Source: Candidatus Goldiibacteriota bacterium
Lineage (GTDB): Bacteria; Oederibacteriota; PGYV01; DYJU01
Assembly (NCBI GenBank): GCA_938034975.1
Contig: CALHNI010000006.1
Location: 7,790 to 71,789 of the forward strand
Direction of reading: 5' to 3'
DNA: 64,000 nt
Below, piece by piece: positions 49,905-56,552 of this stretch. Below the pieces are notes generated by a model that saw nothing but the letters and a program-made list of their open reading frames with translations, was not told the origin of the DNA and did not search any database. Numbering within the stretch: position 1 is the stretch's first letter; each line of letters begins with the position of its first letter. A program made the position numbers and the translations under genes.

Positions 49905-50984
49905 TTAATTTTTTAGTGATGTGTTTTTTATAAAAGGTGGTTTTACAATCCTGCCTATTATTTCTGGTTTTTCTTTTCCTAAAAAAATTTCATTATTTTC
50001 TTTTGCATATTTTTTTAAAACATAAGCCATTCCGATTCCACAATTTAAATGTGGAGAAAAAACACCACTCGTTACATATCCTACTTCTTTTTCATCAATA
50101 AATACTTTGCTATTATGTCTCATAGTTTTTCTTCCATTAACTACAAAACCGCATAATAGGTAATTTACTTTATGATTGAGTAATTTTTCTTTGCCTGCAA
50201 ATTCTTTTTCAAAATCAATAAATCTTTCCAGACCAGCATCAAGAGGAGTTATTTCTTCTGTTAATTCGTCGCCATACAACGGATAACCCATTTCTAAACG
50301 CAAAACATCTCTTGCTCCCAAACCAGCTGGTTTTACATCAGCAAAATCCAATAAAAGATTCCATATTTCTTCTGATTTTTTGGAATCAATATAAATTTCA
50401 TACCCAAGTTCTCCTGTGTATCCTGTCCTGCTTATGATATATGAACCGTTTAAAAAGTTAAATTCATCAAAGGTATAATACTTTAAATTATTAATTTTTT
50501 CACCTGCAATTTTTTTTACTATATTCCTTGAAAGCGGTCCCTGAACATCTATTTTCATTGTTTTTTCTGAAATATTTTCAAAAAAAGTTTCTTTTGAAAT
50601 TCTTTTTTTTATAATCTCTTCATCTCTTTTTTCATTAGAAGCATTTACAACAATCATCCATTCATCTTTTTTTATTTTATAAACTATAAGGTCATCAATA
50701 ATTCCACCGTTCTCATTTAAGAGAAACCCGTATTTACATGTTTTTTCTTTCATTTTAATAACAGGAACTGTTGTTACTTTATCAAATGAAGAATTTTCAG
50801 GATTTTCTTTTATTAAAAATTCGCCCATATGAAAAATATCAAAGATGGAAACTTTTTCTCTTGTATGTTTTGTTTCTGCTAAAATACTCCCATAATGAAC
50901 TGGCATATCCCATCCAGCAAATTCTATCATCTCCGCATTAAGTTTTAGATGCAAATTATATAAAGGAGTTCTTTTATTTTCCAA
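49905..50984 (-). CDS. gcvT: Aminomethyltransferase (glycine cleavage T protein)
   Basis: RTPLY..H...A.M..FAGW.MP..Y N-terminus. TTG start preceded by AGGAGA. Confidence 0.93.
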   Translation of the reverse strand: MENKRTPLYNLHLKLNAEMIEFAGWDMPVHYGSILAETKHTREKVSIFDIFHMGEFLIKENPENSSFDKVTTVPVIKMKEKTCKYGFLLNENGGIIDDLIVYKIKKDEWMIVVNASNEKRDEEIIKKRISKETFFENISEKTMKIDVQGPLSRNIVKKIAGEKINNLKYYTFDEFNFLNGSYIISRTGYTGELGYEIYIDSKKSEEIWNLLLDFADVKPAGLGARDVLRLEMGYPLYGDELTEEITPLDAGLERFIDFEKEFAGKEKLLNHKVNYLLCGFVVNGRKTMRHNSKVFIDEKEVGYVTSGVFSPHLNCGIGMAYVLKKYAKENNEIFLGKEKPEIIGRIVKPPFIKNTSLKN

Positions 50985-51010
50985 AATTTTTCTCCTAAAA
51001 AATTTGCATT

Positions 51011-51039
51011 ATTTTATAATAGCATAAATTTAAGGTCAA
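51011..51039 (-). promoter_or_regulatory. sigma70-type promoter for the gcv operon (TTGACC-N17-TAAAAT)
   Basis: Minus-strand TTGACC at 51039-51034 and TAAAAT at 51016-51011, 13 nt from repeat H. Confidence 0.6.
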
Positions 51040-51052
51040 GGAAAAATTACTA

Positions 51053-51228
51053 CCCTAAAAACGCGTTTTTACGGAAAAACAAAATTTTTTTATTATTTTT
51101 ATTTAATTTTAAAATGCATTACTTTTATTCACTAGTTTTTTTAATTTAAAATAAAACATGTGGGTTGTTTTAAATTTTTTTGTTTAATATTATTTTAAAT
51201 TACAATTTTCAATTGCACAGTTTTCAGG
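51053..51228 (+). repeat. Double-hairpin intergenic repeat, copy H
   Basis: Collapsed 22-bp palindrome ccctaaaaacgcgtttttacgg at 51053-51074, conserved core, degenerate 3' hairpin ending ..gttttcagg at 51228. Confidence 0.8.
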
Positions 51229-51307
51229 TATAATTTTAATTTTAAAAAATGTATAATAGATTTTTAAAATTCAATTATACTACAAAGAAGTGCCAATATT
51301 ATAATAA

Positions 51308-51393
51308 GTGTCGCCGCCATATTTTTTAGGCGTGAGCCATTTTCATGGCAAATGATATAAGGGGGTATATCTAAGAAAAGTAGGCGGCGACAT
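51308..51393 (-). ncRNA. Candidate structured small RNA (unclassified)
   Basis: 11-bp GC-rich closing stem (GTGTCGCCGCC / GGCGGCGACAT) encloses two hairpins. On the minus strand these are GAUAUA-[CCCCCU]-UAUAUC and GCCAU-[GAAA]-AUGGC (a GNRA loop). It is a GC island in AT-rich DNA. Confidence 0.35.
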
Positions 51394-51444
51394 CTATGTC
51401 ATTTTTTTTGTCAATTATCATATATTTTTTTAAATATCATTTTA

Positions 51445-51473
51445 ATTTTAAAATATAATTTAAATTTTGTCAA
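51445..51473 (-). promoter_or_regulatory. Orphan near-consensus sigma70 promoter (TTGACA-N17-TAAAAT) pointing at the structured element
   Basis: Minus-strand TTGACA at 51473-51468 and TAAAAT at 51450-51445. The predicted start lies about 45 nt upstream of the stem at 51393. Confidence 0.45.
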
Positions 51474-51757
51474 ATGTTTTTTAATATGAAAATATTTTCC
51501 ATAAATTGGGTTTTATTTTGCCTTTATTTAGTAAAATAAAATTGAACATTTATTGTCATAATTGTTTTTACGTAAAAATTTACTATGTGTCATTTGAATG
51601 GTAATTTATTTATTTTATGGATTTTTATTAGTATTAGTTTTTATAAAAATATAAAAAACTATTTAGAAAATGCGTTTTTATGGATAAAACATAAGTATTT
51701 TTTTAAAATTTTAATTTGTATAATTAATATATTTCATTCTTAATTTTTCAAAAAAAT

Positions 51758-52099
51758 TGGTGGAGGCGGTGGGAGTTGAACCCACGTCCGAACCTGCTTT
51801 AGCAAAGGCTCTACATGCTTATTCTGGATTTTGATTTCGTATTATAAACTCCTCCAGACAGGATTTTATAATACTACTCTCTGTAAATCTTTTCGGATTA
51901 GTCCAGAGTAAAACTAAATCCGAGCAACCTGCTTTTGGTCCCCTTTGCTTCCTCGCAGGTTAAGAAAACAAAGAGGTGCTGCTTTTAAGCAGCGATTGCG
52001 TAATTTTCAGCGATTAATTTAACCCGACTTTTTACAGGGAATCGGAACCTGGCATGCACCTTTTGCCTACACGAGACCCGTCGAATCCAAAACGCCCCC
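51758..52099 (-). ncRNA. ssrA: tmRNA
   Basis: 5' end GGGGGCGTTTTGGATTCGACGGG. Tag ORF GCT GAA AAT TAC GCA ATC GCT GCT TAA encodes AENYAIAA. 3' tRNA-like end ..GGGTTCAACTCCCACCGCCTCCACCA. Adjacent to smpB. Confidence 0.92.
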
Positions 52100-52147
52100 T
52101 TCTTTTTTTTTAAAACTTATTTTACTTTTAAAGACCTTTTTTATCAT

Positions 52148-52597
52148 TTACATATCTATTTTATATTTCTTTTCTTCTCTTTGCAAGTCCCTTTTTTTTA
52201 TGTCTTCGCGCCTGTCATATAATTTTTTACCCTTTACCAGTGCTAATTCTACTTTTACTAAATTTTTTTTAAAATATAAAGATAGTGGTATTAAAGTCAA
52301 TCCTTTCTGGCTTAATTTACCTATTAATTTTGCTATTTCTTTTTTATGCATAAGTAATTTTCTATCACGTAATGGCTCATGGTTATATATATTACCATGG
52401 GAATAATGTCCTATATGCATATTTATTAAATAAACTTCTCCTTTAATAATTCTTGCAAAACTTTCTTTTATATTTACTTTACCCTGCCTTATTGCTTTTA
52501 TTTCTGTGCCTTTTAAAGCAATACCTGCCTCGTATTTTTCTAAAATAAAATAATCATGCAATGCTTTTCTGTTTGTTGTTATTATATTACCAGCCAT
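52148..52597 (-). CDS. smpB: SsrA-binding protein SmpB
   Basis: NRKA.HDY.I...YEAGI.L.GTE.K motif, next to ssrA. Confidence 0.95.
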   Translation of the reverse strand: MAGNIITTNRKALHDYFILEKYEAGIALKGTEIKAIRQGKVNIKESFARIIKGEVYLINMHIGHYSHGNIYNHEPLRDRKLLMHKKEIAKLIGKLSQKGLTLIPLSLYFKKNLVKVELALVKGKKLYDRREDIKKRDLQREEKKYKIDM

Positions 52598-52600
52598 ATT

Positions 52601-55357
52601 TTATTTTATCACAACTATTTTTGTAAAATATTTTTCATCATCTACTTTCAATAATCCGTAATATACACCGCTTAAAACTTCTCTGCCCGAATCATTTTTT
52701 CCATCCCACATATACTTATATAACATTCCGCCTGTTTGATCTTCTCTGCGTAATATTTCTTTTACTTTTCTTCCTATAATATCGTAAATAATAAGAGACA
52801 CTTTAGAATTTTCTGGCAAATAATATTGAATTGTTGTTCCACCAGAATATGGCGAAAAAGGATTCGGAAAATTATAAAAACTTGATTTTATATCTCTTTT
52901 TACAATATTTATAATATCTGAAACATAAGGAAACTTATTATCTTTTGATTCAATATATACAATTGCACCATTTAATTTTTGTAAAACTATATCAAGTGAT
53001 TTTTCTATTGATATATTAAAAGTTCCTTCCTGGGCATTATCTCTTATGTCAATATAAAATTTAAAAGTTTTTTCTTCATTAAAATTAATAATACTGTTTA
53101 TCGGGCAATAAATTGTTTTTGAATTATTCCATTGTGTTTCACTTAATATATTTGGCCCTTCTCTGATAATAACTTTTTCAATTTTCAAATTATAATCATC
53201 ACTTATAGTTAATGTTACTCCTTCTGCATTATAAAGTGGTCCACCGCCATTTGGATTTTCTATTTTAAGGTCAATGACATTTATATTTTTTGCACCGGCA
53301 CTGATTGTATCAAAATCGTATTTAATATAATCTGTTTTGGCTGAGTTTCCATAAGCAGTAACTGTTACAGGAACCACAACCGAAGCAGTTGAAAGAATAT
53401 TATACCTGTCAATTGCATTTAATTCATATACTCCTGGTCTTAATATTCTTATATAAAAAATCTGTGTCCCTGATATCAAATTTTTATCTAAATCATAAAT
53501 AACATCTATTGACGGTGTTGCTTCTATGCCAATTTTATTTGTTGCAGGTGTATAATCCTGCCAGGTTATTTCATCAACACAACGAACATAAAGTGGTATT
53601 ATCTGCCCTGCTTCCTGTGGAACAGGTGTCCCTATAAAGCCAGGATACGCATAAATTGGGGTTTGCCCTGGCGCTAATAAAATTAAACTTATCAATGGTG
53701 TGTTTGTAGGGGTTATTGTCTGGGTTACTGTCTGGGTTATTGTTGGCGTTATTGTTGATGTTATTGTAAAAGTAATTGATGGTGTAATAGTTGCAGTTAT
53801 TGTCAGAGTTGATGTTTGCGTTATTGTTGCTGTTATTGTATTAGTTGCTGTCTGTGTGATTGTCTGGGTTATTGTATTTGTTACCGTATTTGTAACTGTC
53901 TGGGTAATTGTCGGTGTTATTGTCTGCGTTATTGTCCGGGTTATGGTTTGCGTTGTTGTTTCTGTTGCTGTTTGCGTCACGGTTTGCGTAATTGTCTGTG
54001 TTTTGGTTAGAGTTATTGTTTGTGTTATCGTTACAGTTATAGTTTCAGTTATCGTCTTTGTTACTGTCTCAGTTATTGTTTGTGTTGCTGTCTGTGTTAT
54101 CGTTTGTGTTATTGTATTGGTTATTGTCGGTGTTACCGTTGCAGTTATTGTTTCTGTTATTGTCTGTGTTACTGTTTGCGTTATTGTTTCTGTTATTGTC
54201 TGCGTTGCTGTCTGCGTTATGGTTTGCGTTGCTGTTTGAGTTATCGTCTGTGTTATCGTTGCAGTTATAGTTTCAGTTATTGTTGTAGTTGTTGTTTGCG
54301 TTATTGTTAATGTAATTGATGATGTTATTGTTGCTGTTATGCTTGGAGTAACTGTCGGTGTTATTATTATAACTATCTGTGTATATCCATTTGGTGTTGT
54401 TATCTTTGCATCTGTTAAATCATTTAAATAACTTCTATAATGCTTCTCTCCTATATCTCCTATTGCATTAAATTTTATTATGTCAAAATTTGTCCCTGAA
54501 AATACATTCCATGGATTATAAATAACTTCTATCCTATCGCTAACCTGGTTTATTCCTGTCCCTAAATTTGTGCTTAATCCACCGGTTATTACTACCCCTG
54601 ATGGTATATTTATTATTACCTTTGTTATGTCTCCTATCCCTGCTGCTGTTACTCTATATGTATATTGCTTTTCTTCTCCACTTACAGCACTTACAGGCTC
54701 TATATACCCATTTGCTGCTGGCGTATATGTATTTGTTACTGTTATCGTTGCTGTTATGGTCTGTGTTATTGTTTCTGTTATTGTTTGCGTTATTGTTTGA
54801 GTTATTGTTTGCGTTGCTGTCTGCGTTATGGTTTGTGTTATTGTATTGGTTATTGTCAGTGTTACCGTTGTAGTTATTGTTTCTGTTATAGTCTGTGTTA
54901 CTGTCTCAGTTATTGTTTGCGTTGCTGTCTGCGTCACGGTCTGAGTAATTGTCTGTGTTACTGTCAGCGTTACTGTTTGCGTTATAGTTGCAGTTATGGT
55001 ATCAGTCATCGTCTTAGTTGCTGTCTGCGTTGCTGTTTCTGTTATAGTTTGTGTTATTGTCTCTGTTATTGTATTAGTTATAGTGCCTGTAAATGTCTCA
55101 GAAATAGTTTCTGTTATTGTTGTGGTAATGGTCGGAGTTATTGTCTGCGTTATCGTTTCTGTTTCTGTTTCTGTCTCTGTTATTGTTTGCGTTGCCGTGT
55201 CAGTTATTGCATACAAATTTTCTATGGCTATAAATCCTAAAAAAAATAAAAAAACACTTATTTTTATCCGTAAAAATGCATTAGAAAACGCGTTTTTAGG
55301 GAAAAACAAAATTTTTTTATTGTTTTTATTTAATAAATTTTTATTTTTATAAAGCAT
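52601..55357 (-). CDS. Secreted Thr-rich (T-x-T-Q/E)n repeat protein with Ig-like domains and a C-terminal FlgD-Ig/T9SS-type sorting-like domain
   Basis: Signal-peptide h-region ISVFLFFLGFIAI. Two TxTx tracts at aa 51-211 and 332-553. C-terminus ..FYNFPNPFSP..GVYYGLLKVDD..KIVVIK. Start uncertain: ATG 55357 or in-frame TTG 55309, both inside repeat I. Confidence 0.8.
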   Translation of the reverse strand: MLYKNKNLLNKNNKKILFFPKNAFSNAFLRIKISVFLFFLGFIAIENLYAITDTATQTITETETETETITQTITPTITTTITETISETFTGTITNTITETITQTITETATQTATKTMTDTITATITQTVTLTVTQTITQTVTQTATQTITETVTQTITETITTTVTLTITNTITQTITQTATQTITQTITQTITETITQTITATITVTNTYTPAANGYIEPVSAVSGEEKQYTYRVTAAGIGDITKVIINIPSGVVITGGLSTNLGTGINQVSDRIEVIYNPWNVFSGTNFDIIKFNAIGDIGEKHYRSYLNDLTDAKITTPNGYTQIVIIITPTVTPSITATITSSITLTITQTTTTTITETITATITQTITQTATQTITQTATQTITETITQTVTQTITETITATVTPTITNTITQTITQTATQTITETVTKTITETITVTITQTITLTKTQTITQTVTQTATETTTQTITRTITQTITPTITQTVTNTVTNTITQTITQTATNTITATITQTSTLTITATITPSITFTITSTITPTITQTVTQTITPTNTPLISLILLAPGQTPIYAYPGFIGTPVPQEAGQIIPLYVRCVDEITWQDYTPATNKIGIEATPSIDVIYDLDKNLISGTQIFYIRILRPGVYELNAIDRYNILSTASVVVPVTVTAYGNSAKTDYIKYDFDTISAGAKNINVIDLKIENPNGGGPLYNAEGVTLTISDDYNLKIEKVIIREGPNILSETQWNNSKTIYCPINSIINFNEEKTFKFYIDIRDNAQEGTFNISIEKSLDIVLQKLNGAIVYIESKDNKFPYVSDIINIVKRDIKSSFYNFPNPFSPYSGGTTIQYYLPENSKVSLIIYDIIGRKVKEILRREDQTGGMLYKYMWDGKNDSGREVLSGVYYGLLKVDDEKYFTKIVVIK
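53699..54364. repeat. 12-nt-periodic coding repeat tract 2 ((ACN ATN ACN CAR)n type)
   Basis: Encodes aa 332-553 of the Thr-rich protein and generates long spurious ORFs in other frames. Confidence 0.85.
54725..55207. repeat. 12-nt-periodic coding repeat tract 1
   Basis: Encodes aa 51-211 of the Thr-rich protein. Confidence 0.85.
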
Positions 55358-55489
55358 TACTTTTATTCACCCGTTTTTTTTATTTAAAATAAAGAACAAG
55401 TATTGTTTTAAATATTTATTGTTTTCAATAATATATTTTTTGTTTTTTTCACCTGAAAATCGCAATCTTTAAATAATACGATTTTCAGA
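55268..55489 (+). repeat. Double-hairpin intergenic repeat, copy I
   Basis: 5' hairpin ccgtaaaaatgca-ttagaaaa-cgcgtttttaggg at 55268-55301, conserved core, 3' hairpin cctgaaaatcgcaat..acgattttcaga at 55452-55489. Confidence 0.85.
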
Positions 55490-55655
55490 TTTATTATTTT
55501 TCTTTTTTTTAATATAATTTTTCAACCCTGCAAACATACATAATTACCAACATTTTTCCTTTCTAAAACTTTTAAGATATAAATTACTAATATCCCTCTT
55601 TATTATTTATTATATTATATTTGTATTAATTTTCAAAATGAAAAGATAAAAAAAT

Positions 55656-56552
55656 TTACCTGTTTTTTGCTCTTGGATGTGCCTTTTCATACTCTTTTTT
55701 TAATTTTTGTATTGAAAGATGTGTATAAATTTGTGTGGTTGATAAATTAGAATGACCTAATAGTTCCTGAACTGACCTTAAATCCGCTCCTCTGTCAAGT
55801 AAATGTGTTGCAAATGAATGCCTCAAAGTATGCGGAGTTACCTTTTTTAAAATCCCGGCTTTTTGTGCATATTTTTTTATGATCATTTCTATACTGCGGG
55901 CTGTTAATCTCTTTTTATTTTTATTTATGAATAGTATCTTATCCTGGGATATTTTTTTTAATTCCTTTAAATATTTACTAAGCCAGTTTATTGCAACAGA
56001 ACCTATTGGAACTATTCTTTCTTTATTTCCTTTTCCCAAAATTTTTATTTCTTCGTTTATAAAATCTATATTGTTAATATTCATGTTTACAAGTTCGTTT
56101 ACCCTTATTCCACTTGAATAAAGCAACTCTAAAATCACCCTGTCTCTTAAATTAAAAAAATTATTACAATCAATACTTTCAAGTATTGATTCAACTTCTT
56201 TTTCAGTTAAAACGCCTGGTATTTTTTTTTCTTTTTTTGGTGTTAAAATATATTCAAAAGGGTTTTGCCTTATTTTTTTTATTTTAACAAGATAACGATA
56301 AAAATTCCTTAAAGCAATTATTTTTCTTGTTATTGAATTTTTATTGTATTTTTTTTTGAACATAAATTCCAGATAATTCCCAACTATTTTTTCATTAACT
56401 TCAACCGAATTTTTAGTATATAAAATAAACTGTTTTATATCCCTTTCATAATTTGATATTGTATGGGGTGAATAATTTTTTTCAAATGCGAGGTGTTTTT
56501 TATATTGTTCTAAAATTTCTATATCTTCATTTTTCATTTTGTTTATTATCAT
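55656..56552 (-). CDS. Tyrosine recombinase XerC/XerD family
   Basis: HTLRHSFATHLL and LGHSNLSTTQIYTH catalytic motifs. Confidence 0.9.
   Translation of the reverse strand: MIINKMKNEDIEILEQYKKHLAFEKNYSPHTISNYERDIKQFILYTKNSVEVNEKIVGNYLEFMFKKKYNKNSITRKIIALRNFYRYLVKIKKIRQNPFEYILTPKKEKKIPGVLTEKEVESILESIDCNNFFNLRDRVILELLYSSGIRVNELVNMNINNIDFINEEIKILGKGNKERIVPIGSVAINWLSKYLKELKKISQDKILFINKNKKRLTARSIEMIIKKYAQKAGILKKVTPHTLRHSFATHLLDRGADLRSVQELLGHSNLSTTQIYTHLSIQKLKKEYEKAHPRAKNR

Noticed and set aside
51308-51393. Glycine riboswitch, hammerhead ribozyme, tRNA-like or SRP RNA identity for the GC-rich element
   Set aside because: It lacks the glycine aptamer core (GGAGAG .. ACCGAAGGGGCAA-like), the hammerhead CUGANGA/GAAA junctions, a T-loop, and the SRP domain IV motif. 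Junction lengths do not fit purine-type three-way junctions. It is left unclassified.
53700-55352. Multiple long ORFs (V-rich, C/Y/R-rich, L-rich; 64-191 aa) on the plus strand opposite the Thr-rich gene
   Set aside because: They are frame and strand echoes of the 12-nt periodic (ACN-ATN-ACN-CAR)n repeat. They have extreme low complexity, no start context and no motifs. The minus-strand ORF has a signal peptide and globular domains.
8530-55489. Possibility that the recurring hairpin sequences form a CRISPR array
   Set aside because: The units are 150-230 bp, kilobases apart, in both orientations, and have no regular repeat-spacer periodicity. No cas genes are present.
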